Source: a bacterium (lineage in GTDB: Bacteria; Sysuimicrobiota; Sysuimicrobiia; Sysuimicrobiales; Humicultoraceae). From it: a DNA stretch of 12,545 bases. A model generated the notes under the pieces. The model had not been told where the DNA came from and did not search any database. It saw only the letters and a program-made list of their open reading frames with translations. A program made the position numbers and the translations under genes. Shown here one piece after another: positions 1 through 7,086 of the stretch (the first letter of the stretch is position 1; each line of letters opens with the position of its first letter). The stretch lies in the NCBI GenBank assembly GCA_041497675.1, contig JBGQGY010000108.1, forward strand, positions 1 to 12,545. The letters are read 5' to 3'.

Positions 1-1656
1 ATCGGCCTGCTCGGCGAAACGTTGGAACCAATCCCGATGGCGGTCGCGCGTCGCGCGAGCGTCCCCTGTCTCTGTCAGGTTCTCTCGCGCATACTCCCTT
101 ATGGTCTCGAGCATGTGAAACCGTCCGTCGGGTCCCTGCGTGTAGATAACCAACGACTTGTCGACGAGTTGAGACATCAGATCGAGGACTCGGTCTGGTT
201 CGATGTCGGCGCCCGCGCAGATCGCTTCGGCCGATTCGAGCGTACAGCCACCCGAAAACGCCGCCAGTCGGCGAAACACGGTCTGCTCTGGTTCCGACAG
301 GAGCGCGTAACTCCACTCCATCACGGCCCGGAGCGTCTGGTGCCGGTGCGGTGCCGTCCGGCTGCCCCCAACGAGCAGCCGGAACCGATCCTGCAACCGC
401 GCGGCGATCTGCTCGATGGACAGCACCTTGACCCTTGCAGCCGCAAGTTCGATCGCGAGCGGGATCCCGTCGAGCCTATGACACACTTGCGCCAGGAGCG
501 GGATGTCCGCAGCCGTGATAACGAGGTCCGGTCTGATGGCCGTGGCACGGTCGATGAACAGACGGACGGCCTCAAACGCCGTCACCTGCTCGCGCGACCC
601 GAGCCGCGCCGGATCGGGCGCCGACAGCGGTGGCACGCTCCAGACCGTTTCCTCGACGACGCCCAAACTTTGGCGGCTCGTCGCCAGGATCCGGAGATCT
701 GGACAGGCCGACAGCAGTGTGTGGGTCAACTGCGCACAGGCGTCGAGGAGATGCTCGCAGTTGTCCAGGATGATCATCAAATGTTTGTACTGCAAATGCT
801 CGACCAACGTGGCCGTCAGCGCGCGGCCAGGCTGCTCTCGCACGTGCAACTCGGACGACACGGCCTGGGGCACCAGGGCGGCGTCGGACAGCGACGCCAG
901 TTCGACCATCCACACCCCGTCTGGGACGCCGTCGACAAATTCGGCCGCCACGTGAAGCGCCAGGCGCGTCTTGCCCAGACCGCCCGCCCCAACGAGCGTC
1001 AGCAGGCGAGTGGACGTGACGAGCCGCTTCACCTCCGCCATTTCACGCTCACGCCCGATGAAGCTGGTCAATTCCAGAGGCAGGTTGTTTGGAATCTGAT
1101 CGAGCGATCTCAGCGGAGGGAAGTCGGCGCGCAGCTCGGGATGAACCAGCTGATGCAATCTCTCGGGACGCTGCAAATCCTTCAGGCGGTGCGGCCCCAG
1201 GTCTCGCAGGGTCGCGCCCGCCTGCAGGTCCCCCTCGACCAGGGTGCGGGTCGCTTCAGACAGGAGGACCTGCCCTCCATGCCCGGCCTGGCAGATGCGG
1301 GCCACCCGATGGACGTCAACACCCACGTACCTATCGCTAGAACCCACAGGCTCACCCGTGTGCACCCCCATGCGAACCCGGACCGCCGCACCGTCGGGCC
1401 AGGGGAACCCCGCAAGCGCCAGCTGGGCCGCGAGGGCCGCCTGCACGGCGCCCCTCGCCCCATCGAAGACAAACAGGAAACTCTCTCCCTGATCGTCCGA
1501 CACCTGGCCGTCCGCAGCGGCGACGGCCTGACGGAGTAGCCGACGGTGGTCCGCGAAGACCTCCGCGGACCGAGCGTCGCCCAGTTGCTGGACGAGCCGT
1601 GTAGATCCCTCGATGTCGGTGAAGAGGAAGGTGACGGTGCCGGTTGGGAGAGACAT
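1..1656 (-). CDS. Class III adenylate/guanylate cyclase domain fused to a STAND-type (NB-ARC-like) ATPase; 3'-partial, runs off the window start
   Basis: Manual minus-strand translation from ATG 1656, with GGAGG 7 nt upstream (1664-1668) and no stop down to base 1. Cyclase motifs: MSLPTGTVTFLFTDIEGST, RVRMGVHTGE, DVHRVARI, GHGGQVLLS. STAND motifs: NNLPLELTSFIGRE, Walker A GAGGLGKT, Walker B LMIILDNCEH, LDGIPLAIELAAAR, RHQTLRAVMEWSY, RFHMLETIREYA. Confidence 0.93.
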   Translation of the reverse strand, partial: MSLPTGTVTFLFTDIEGSTRLVQQLGDARSAEVFADHRRLLRQAVAAADGQVSDDQGESFLFVFDGARGAVQAALAAQLALAGFPWPDGAAVRVRMGVHTGEPVGSSDRYVGVDVHRVARICQAGHGGQVLLSEATRTLVEGDLQAGATLRDLGPHRLKDLQRPERLHQLVHPELRADFPPLRSLDQIPNNLPLELTSFIGREREMAEVKRLVTSTRLLTLVGAGGLGKTRLALHVAAEFVDGVPDGVWMVELASLSDAALVPQAVSSELHVREQPGRALTATLVEHLQYKHLMIILDNCEHLLDACAQLTHTLLSACPDLRILATSRQSLGVVEETVWSVPPLSAPDPARLGSREQVTAFEAVRLFIDRATAIRPDLVITAADIPLLAQVCHRLDGIPLAIELAAARVKVLSIEQIAARLQDRFRLLVGGSRTAPHRHQTLRAVMEWSYALLSEPEQTVFRRLAAFSGGCTLESAEAICAGADIEPDRVLDLMSQLVDKSLVIYTQGPDGRFHMLETIREYARENLTETGDARATRDRHRDWFQRFAEQAD

Positions 1657-1685
1657 GCAGAGCCCTCCGGCTGATCAAAGCGAGG

Positions 1686-1710
1686 GTTCGCGGGGGGTTG
1701 TGCGTTTCCT
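1686..1710 (-). promoter_or_regulatory. Putative sigma-H-like promoter AGGA-N17-GAAC for the cyclase-STAND gene
   Basis: Minus strand reads cAGGA aacgcacaaccccccgc GAACcc. The same motif and spacing recur upstream of other accessory genes. Confidence 0.6.
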
Positions 1711-1746
1711 GTCAGGCAGACGCTCCAGGGCAGCCGCGCGATGCGA

Positions 1747-1771
1747 AGGAGGTCAACTGGCCGCGCCGAAC
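1747..1771 (+). promoter_or_regulatory. Putative sigma-H-like promoter AGGA-N17-GAAC for the HAD pseudogene
   Basis: aAGGA ggtcaactggccgcgcc GAAC, followed by AAGGA (possible SD) and ATG 1788. Confidence 0.55.
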
Positions 1772-1787
1772 GGCCTGAAGGATATCA

Positions 1788-2185
1788 ATGGTGCTTCGCG
1801 CGCTGATTTTTGATCTGGATGGGACGCTCACCGACACGTTGCCATTGTGCTACGCGGCGTTTGCGCATGCGTTTGCGAAGTTACGAGGAGTATCTGCTGC
1901 ACTACGATCAGCAACACGATCGGCACGCGACGATCTTCCCCGGGATCGAAGCGCTGCTGGGTTGGGTAGAGGCCCAGCGATTGCCAACTGGTATTGTGAC
2001 GGCCAAGGGCGCCGGCACCGCCGCCATCACGATCCGCCGCCTGGGGCTTCGGTGCTACTTTTCCGACGTCGAGGCCGGCAGTCCCGACGGCGCCAACAAG
2101 CCGAAGGGGATCAGGATGATGCTCGCCCGATGGGGCCGGCGTCCGGCCGAAGCGGTCTACGTCGGTGATTCGCCCTACGATATGC
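1788..2185 (+). pseudogene. HAD-family hydrolase pseudogene, paralog of 4532..5182, frameshifted and 3'-truncated
   Basis: Begins MVLRALIFDLDGTLTDTLPLCYAAFAHAFAK. Relative to the intact copy it lacks 101 nt (equivalent to about 4626-4726) at about 1881, causing a frameshift. Homology resumes as YEEYL...VTAKG...NKP...YVGDSPYDM and ends at about 2185, so about 50 C-terminal codons are missing. Confidence 0.9.
1999..2180 (+). repeat. 182-bp direct repeat, copy 1 (copy 2 at 4844..5025)
   Basis: Manual alignment: 5 mismatches in 182 nt, no gaps. Confidence 0.93.
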
Positions 2186-2191
2186 GGGTAG

Positions 2192-2326
2192 GTCGTCGAC
2201 CACAACCACCGGATGCGCGTCCTGGGGAAGCGGATCGAAGCTTACAACGGGCGCGTGCGTCAGTACCGCCAGGCCATCAACGCGAACCACGCCGGGCAAC
2301 GCCAGGTCGGGAACGGCGGCCAGTAG
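2192..2326 (+). other. Probable 3' remnant of an unrelated gene, or a small ORF, abutting the HAD pseudogene breakpoint
   Basis: 44 sense codons with mostly G/C third positions: VVDHNHRMRVLGKRIEAYNGRVRQYRQAINANHAGQRQVGNGGQ*. It stops 13 nt before the convergent membrane-gene stop. No family recognised. Confidence 0.4.
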
Positions 2327-2339
2327 CGGCGCCGACGGC

Positions 2340-3368
2340 CTACTGATCCGTGTCGTCCGGCGGGACGAGCAGGCTCAGCCCCAGACCTTCCAGCCCGGTC
2401 CACATGATCACGCCGCCCCACAGGGCCGGTGGCCAGACCAGGCCCCACTCGAGCCTGACGATCAGGACATACAGGCCCCACAAGACGACCGGGACAGTCG
2501 CCGCGAAGAACCGGAGCGAGGCGATCCGTCTAGGCGATGGCTCGAGAACCCGGATCAGGCCGTCCGCGGCCAGCCCGGCCATCACGGGCAGCAGCAGGAG
2601 CCGGGGCACGAAGAAACCGGTGACGGCCGCCATCAACATCGTCGGGAGCGTGAACAGGATGGCGACGCTGCCCAGCGGGGGCCGCCATCGCTGCAGCATG
2701 ATCAGCACGGGCGCCAGCAGGACCGCGTTGGTGATGAGAATGTTGGAGATCGCGCGGGCGTGCGCGATGTCGCGCATCAGCGCTTCATGGCTCCCCGACC
2801 CCGCCAGTAATTTGATCAGTCGGAACGTCTGCGGCGTCATGTAGTGCGAACTGGTGAAACCCCAGAGGTAGGTGAGCAAGAGACCGACCATGCTGGTCGC
2901 CAGCGAGAGGGACAGCAGCGTCGGCAAGAACGCCCGCAGCGTCGGCCGGGTGGTGCTGCTGCCGTCGGCCCAAGCCGCCCGGAACGGGCCACTGGCCATG
3001 AGGATGAGGCCCAGCACCAGGAACACATGCGGCGGGCTGGTCAGAGCCTCGACGCTCGTTTCTAGCCCGAAGATGCTGTGCCAGATCAGGTCCCCCGTCA
3101 GGCCGGCGGCGAAGGAGAGGACACCCGCCAGGTCCATCCCGTACCGGCGAAGCGCCTCCCTGCGCCCCCCCGGCCGGGAACGCGTGATGGCCCGGAGCAG
3201 GTATCCGGCGGTGCCGAGAAAGGGCAGGATAAACGCCGCATGGAGGGGACTGAAAAAGGTTTCTACCAATCCCGGTTGGCCGTGGGACCAGATATCCACA
3301 AAGAGCCCCACGATCGTCATCGTGACCAGCGTGAGCGTGATGGTGGGATTCTGCGCGGTCGTGGTCAT
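2340..3368 (-). CDS. Polytopic membrane protein (342 aa) with two His/Asp motifs, DIWSH-x13-H and DLIWH-x16-H; putative metal-binding, function unknown
   Basis: ATG 3368 overlaps the upstream stop (ATGA). Roughly 9 hydrophobic segments by eye. Colinear paralog of 3365..4417, sharing GLILMAS.PFRAA, LLSL.LATS, SHYMTP, I.NILI and GVIMWTGL. Confidence 0.88.
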   Translation of the reverse strand: MTTTAQNPTITLTLVTMTIVGLFVDIWSHGQPGLVETFFSPLHAAFILPFLGTAGYLLRAITRSRPGGRREALRRYGMDLAGVLSFAAGLTGDLIWHSIFGLETSVEALTSPPHVFLVLGLILMASGPFRAAWADGSSTTRPTLRAFLPTLLSLSLATSMVGLLLTYLWGFTSSHYMTPQTFRLIKLLAGSGSHEALMRDIAHARAISNILITNAVLLAPVLIMLQRWRPPLGSVAILFTLPTMLMAAVTGFFVPRLLLLPVMAGLAADGLIRVLEPSPRRIASLRFFAATVPVVLWGLYVLIVRLEWGLVWPPALWGGVIMWTGLEGLGLSLLVPPDDTDQ

Positions 3369-4417
3369 GCGGGAGGTCTCCCGGACCCGCCGGGGACGGC
3401 CACGAGGCTCAACCCCCATCCAACGAGCCCGGTCCACATGATCACACCGGCCCACATGGACGGGGTCCAGGCCAGCCCCCACTGAAGCGCGACGGCCAGG
3501 AAGTACAGGCTCCACAGCACGACGGGCGTGGTCACTACGCACAGCCGCAACACCATCGTCCGGTCCAGCGAGGGCCGCAGCACATGCACCAGCGAGTCGG
3601 CGACCAGCCCGGCGAGCACCGGGACCGCCAGGAGCAGCGGTACCCAGAACCCCGTCACCGACGCGATCAGCCAGACCGTAACCGTGAGAAACGTCGTCAG
3701 GGTTCCGAAGGGCGGTTGCCAGCCCTGGAACATGAGCACGATGGGCCCCAGCAAGACGATAGTCGAGATGAGGATGTTACCGATGCCTCCGGCATTGGCG
3801 ATGTCGCGCACCAGCCGGGTCAGGTAGGGATCCCCTGCGCCGAAGCGCTGGATTTCCGCCATCACCGCCGGCGTCATGTAGTGTGAGCCGGCCATGGCCC
3901 ATAGATGGATCAGCACGAGCGCCACAAGGCTGGTGGCGAGGGTGAGCGACAACAGCGCCGGCATGAAATTTCGCAGCGAAACCACAGTCAGCCTCGGACG
4001 CTCGCGGGCGGCCGCGCGGAACGGACTGCTGGCCATCAGGATCAGGCCCAGGAACAGGAACAGGTGGGATGGGCTGAACGAGATATCCACGCCCTTCTCC
4101 AGGCCGAACGGGGTGTGCCAGACTGTATTGGTGAGCCCGCCGACGGCGAAGAGCCCCACGCCGACGACATCGTACGCGAAGGTGGCCGGGAGGCTCGGAG
4201 CCCGGATTGGTGGCCTGCGGATCACCCGGCCAACTGGCCGGAGCAGCCACACCGCGGTCGCCAGGTAGCCCGCGTAGAATCCCTGGCCGTGGGACCACAC
4301 GTCCAGGTAGAGCCCGGCGACCGTCAGGAACACCAGAAGGAGGGTCAGGTACTGGCTGCGTGGATCGCTCCGAGGGAGGTGGGCGAGCGGCTCTTCGCGG
4401 CGACATGCCGATTCCAT
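3365..4417 (-). CDS. Polytopic membrane protein (about 350 aa), paralog of 2340..3368 with the first His motif shortened
   Basis: Hydrophobic ORF. Start placed at ATG 4417, just downstream of the promoter-like motif at 4429-4453; the ORF-track extension to 4660 overlaps the divergent HAD gene. The exact start is uncertain. Confidence 0.82.
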   Translation of the reverse strand: MESACRREEPLAHLPRSDPRSQYLTLLLVFLTVAGLYLDVWSHGQGFYAGYLATAVWLLRPVGRVIRRPPIRAPSLPATFAYDVVGVGLFAVGGLTNTVWHTPFGLEKGVDISFSPSHLFLFLGLILMASSPFRAAARERPRLTVVSLRNFMPALLSLTLATSLVALVLIHLWAMAGSHYMTPAVMAEIQRFGAGDPYLTRLVRDIANAGGIGNILISTIVLLGPIVLMFQGWQPPFGTLTTFLTVTVWLIASVTGFWVPLLLAVPVLAGLVADSLVHVLRPSLDRTMVLRLCVVTTPVVLWSLYFLAVALQWGLAWTPSMWAGVIMWTGLVGWGLSLVAVPGGSGRPPA

Positions 4418-4428
4418 ACCGGCGAGTG

Positions 4429-4453
4429 GTTCGCGCCCCGACCCCCGACACCT
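4429..4453 (-). promoter_or_regulatory. Putative sigma-H-like promoter AGGT-N17-GAAC for the membrane-protein pair
   Basis: Minus strand reads gcAGGT gtcgggggtcggggcgc GAAC, 11 nt before ATG 4417. Confidence 0.55.
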
Positions 4454-4498
4454 GCCCATCAGGCCATGAGCCCGCCGTCGCCGCAGCCGGATCCGACG

Positions 4499-4523
4499 AG
4501 GACTTCCTCCCCGCCGGTGGAAG
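4499..4523 (+). promoter_or_regulatory. Putative sigma-H-like promoter AGGA-N17-GAAG for the HAD gene, probably leaderless
   Basis: gAGGA cttcctccccgccggtg GAAG, 8 nt before ATG 4532. Confidence 0.55.
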
Positions 4524-4531
4524 TGACTTCG

Positions 4532-5182
4532 ATGAATCTGCGCGCGGTCATTTTCGATCTGGACGGCACGCTCACCGACACGCTGCCCCTGTGTTACGCG
4601 GCGTTCGCGCATGCGTTCGAGAAGTTCGGCCTCGGATCGAAGACCGATCCCCAAATCCATGCCCTGTTCGGCCCCAGCGAAGAGGGGATCATCAAGCGGC
4701 TAGTCCCCGATCAGTGGCAGGCGTGCTACGAGGTGTATCTACGCTATTACGAACAGCGCCACGATGAGTACGCGGAGATCTTCCCAGGGATTGAGCGATT
4801 GCTCGGATGGATCGAGGGCCGGCGGTTGGCAACAGGCATCGTAACGGCCAAGGGCGCCGGCACCGCCGCCATCACGATCCGCCGTCTGGGGCTTCGGCGC
4901 TACTTTTCCGACGTCGAGGCCGGCAGTCCCGACGGCGCCAACAAGCCGGAGGGGATCAGGACGATGCTCGCCCGATGGGGGCGGCGTCCGGCCGAAGCGG
5001 TCTACGTCGGTGATTCGCCCTACGACATGCAGGCCGCGCGGCAGGTCGGCGCGGTACCTATCGGCGCCGCGTGGGCGTCCGGTGCCAACGAGCACGCGCT
5101 GCGATCCGCCGGAGCCGCCGTCGTGCTCGAATCCCCGACGGCACTGCACGTCTGGCTCTCCCGCGCCGGAGTGGAACGGTGA
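4532..5182 (+). CDS. HAD-superfamily hydrolase (Gph/PpaX-like phosphatase), 216 aa
   Basis: Motif I FDLDGTLTDT, motif II VTAK, motif III NKP, motif IV GDSPYD. The start matches the paralog's ATG. Confidence 0.93.
   Translation: MNLRAVIFDLDGTLTDTLPLCYAAFAHAFEKFGLGSKTDPQIHALFGPSEEGIIKRLVPDQWQACYEVYLRYYEQRHDEYAEIFPGIERLLGWIEGRRLATGIVTAKGAGTAAITIRRLGLRRYFSDVEAGSPDGANKPEGIRTMLARWGRRPAEAVYVGDSPYDMQAARQVGAVPIGAAWASGANEHALRSAGAAVVLESPTALHVWLSRAGVER
4844..5025 (+). repeat. 182-bp direct repeat, copy 2 (copy 1 at 1999..2180)
   Basis: Manual alignment: 177 of 182 nt identical. Confidence 0.93.
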
Positions 5183-5259
5183 CGGCAGGGGTCTCGGGCT
5201 GCAGATTGTAATCTTCCACTGGAGTCTTCCATCGAATACCACAGACGCGGAGGATCGCG

Positions 5260-5805
5260 ATGAAGATCCTGGGGTTTGCCGGCAGCCTGCGGCAGGCGTC
5301 CTTCAACCGGGCACTGCTCCGGGCGGCGAAAGATCTCGCGCCCACCGATGTCGAGGTCGACATAGTCGACCTCGACGGCATTCCAATGTACAACTCGGAT
5401 GTCGAGGCGGCGGCATTTCCCGAAACCGTCAGATCGTTGCGGACGCACATCGCCGCTGCGGGCGCCGTGCTCATCGCCACGCCCGAGTACATGTTTTCGG
5501 TATCCGGCGTCCTGAAGAACGTCCTGGACTGGCTGGCGCGTCCCCCGGAGCCTCGCGTGCTGTGGGACAAGCCGGTGGGGATCATGGGCGCGTCGCCCGG
5601 GCTCGTCGGCACGGCGCGCGCGCAACTGCATCTGCGGCAGATCTTGCTGCACGAGCGCGCGGCGGTGTTGCCGCACCCGCAACTGCTGGTGCCCGACGCG
5701 CGCAATAAGTTCGACGCCAATGGTGTGCTGACCGATCAGGAGACAAAAACGAAGGTGACAGAATACGTCGACGCGCTGGCGCGCTGGGCGCGGCGTCTCG
5801 GCTGA
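5260..5805 (+). CDS. NAD(P)H-dependent FMN reductase (flavodoxin-like, ChrR/SsuE family), 181 aa
   Basis: GSLRQASFN phosphate loop, ATPEYMFSVSGVLKNVLDW, KPVGIMGASPG, RAQLHLRQ. GGAGG at 5249-5253. Confidence 0.93.
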   Translation: MKILGFAGSLRQASFNRALLRAAKDLAPTDVEVDIVDLDGIPMYNSDVEAAAFPETVRSLRTHIAAAGAVLIATPEYMFSVSGVLKNVLDWLARPPEPRVLWDKPVGIMGASPGLVGTARAQLHLRQILLHERAAVLPHPQLLVPDARNKFDANGVLTDQETKTKVTEYVDALARWARRLG

Positions 5806-5829
5806 CGGGCGGCGGTCCGGATTCTGCGG

Positions 5830-7086
5830 TTACTCGCGGACCTGGCCGCTGCCCAGCACCACCCACTTGAGGGACGTCAATTCGGCCACGCCCATGGGCC
5901 CGCGCGGCCCGATGCGGTCGGTGCTGATCCCGATCTCCGCGCCCAGACCGAACTCAGCGCCGTCGACCAAACGCGATGACGCGTTCACCAGCACCACGGC
6001 GCTGTCGACCGACGCGACGAAGCGCTGCGCCCGTTCTTGATTCTCGGTGACGATCGCGTCGGCCAACCCCGTGCTGTACCGTTGGATGTGCGCCAGCGCC
6101 TGATCGAAGCCGTCGACCACGCGTACGTTGATGATGTAGTCGAGATACTCGGTGCCCCAGTCGGCGTCCCCGGCCGGCACGACGGCAGCCGCCACCTCCG
6201 GCCCGGCGGCCGCAGCGGCCGCGAGCGTCCGCTCGTCGCCCCGCACTTCCACGTCCGCCGCCCGCAGTGCGCGCACCACCCGAGGAATGAAGACTCGCGC
6301 GGCCGGCGCGTCGACCAACAGCGTCTCCAGCGCGTTGCACACGCTGGGCCGCTGGGCCTTGGCGTTGACCGCGATGCGCTCCGCCATGGCGAAGTTCGCG
6401 TCACGGTCGACAAAGAGGTGGCAGACGCCCTTGAAGTGCTTCAACACCGGCATGCGGGCGTGATCGACCACCGACCGGATCAGGTCTTCGTTCCCCCTGG
6501 GGATGACCAGATCGATCCCATCCTGGCGCAACAGGGCCGTGACCAGGGCGTGGTCGGAGTCCGCGATCACCTGGACGGCGCCCGGCGGGAAGCCGGCGCG
6601 GCTCAGCACATCGCCCAGAAACGCGTTGGAACGGCGCGCCTCACGTCCCCCTCGCAGGATCGCCGCGTTGCCCGCTTTCACGCAGAGCGCCGCGGCGTCG
6701 ATCGTCACGTTGGGCCGTGCCTCGTAGATCATCAGGATCACGCCGATCGGCGAGCGCATCCGCGCAACGCGCATCCCATTGGGACGCGTCTGCATCTCCA
6801 CGATCTGTCCGACGGGGTCGACCAGCGAGACGACGCGTCGAACTCCATCGGCCATCGCGCGCACTCGATCCGGGGTGAGGCGCAGCCGGTCGACGAGGGC
6901 GGGCCTGCGACCGGCCGCGGCGGCGACGTCGCCGGCGTTGGCCGCCAGCAACCCGTCCATCTCCATGTCGAGCAGGTCGGCGAGCGAGAGGAGCGCGCCG
7001 TCCTTAGTGCGTGAGGGCGCCGTGCGCAGCGTCATCGCCGCGGCGCGCGCGCGCGCGATCATCGATGGGATCATCATCTCGTTCAT
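5830..7086 (-). CDS. proA: Gamma-glutamyl phosphate reductase (glutamate-5-semialdehyde dehydrogenase)
   Basis: PIGVILMIYEARPNVT, GNAAILRGGREA, DLVIPRG, catalytic region PSVCNALETLLV, GAEIGIST, RGPMG. ATGA overlap with the proB stop. Confidence 0.97.
   Translation of the reverse strand: MNEMMIPSMIARARAAAMTLRTAPSRTKDGALLSLADLLDMEMDGLLAANAGDVAAAAGRRPALVDRLRLTPDRVRAMADGVRRVVSLVDPVGQIVEMQTRPNGMRVARMRSPIGVILMIYEARPNVTIDAAALCVKAGNAAILRGGREARRSNAFLGDVLSRAGFPPGAVQVIADSDHALVTALLRQDGIDLVIPRGNEDLIRSVVDHARMPVLKHFKGVCHLFVDRDANFAMAERIAVNAKAQRPSVCNALETLLVDAPAARVFIPRVVRALRAADVEVRGDERTLAAAAAAGPEVAAAVVPAGDADWGTEYLDYIINVRVVDGFDQALAHIQRYSTGLADAIVTENQERAQRFVASVDSAVVLVNASSRLVDGAEFGLGAEIGISTDRIGPRGPMGVAELTSLKWVVLGSGQVRE

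Noticed and set aside
22..1539. 505-aa plus-strand ORF
   Set aside because: Codon-aligned antisense shadow of the minus-strand cyclase-STAND gene, with no motifs of its own.
1788..2346. Programmed frameshift joining ORFs 1788..2168 and 1810..2346
   Set aside because: No slippery site, 101 nt of the cap region are physically missing, and the C-terminus is truncated, so a pseudogene is the simpler reading.
2392..3445. 20-bp exact repeat agcccggtccacatgatcac (about 2392 and 3426) as an att site or CRISPR repeat
   Set aside because: It encodes the conserved VIMWTGL segment in both membrane paralogs and has only two copies.
3369..3542. 58-aa N-terminal extension of the 400-aa membrane ORF
   Set aside because: Overlaps the upstream paralog in another frame; the ATGA coupling at 3365-3368 defines the start.
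3905..4531. N-terminal 209 aa of the 425-aa ORF, a possible HAD fusion
   Set aside because: Antisense to the membrane gene. HAD motif I, the paralog start and the promoter motif all point to ATG 4532.
1999..5025. The 182-bp near-identical pair as a diversity-generating retroelement TR/VR
   Set aside because: No reverse transcriptase in the window and the mismatches are not adenine-specific.
5187..5212. AGGG-N17-GTAAT upstream of the FMN reductase as a seventh sigma-H-like site
   Set aside because: Both boxes deviate from the other six, and the gene may be co-transcribed with the HAD gene.
5260..5805. FMN reductase as dedicated electron donor to the PmoC-like proteins
   Set aside because: Proximity only; it lies outside the repeat-bounded cassette and on the opposite strand.
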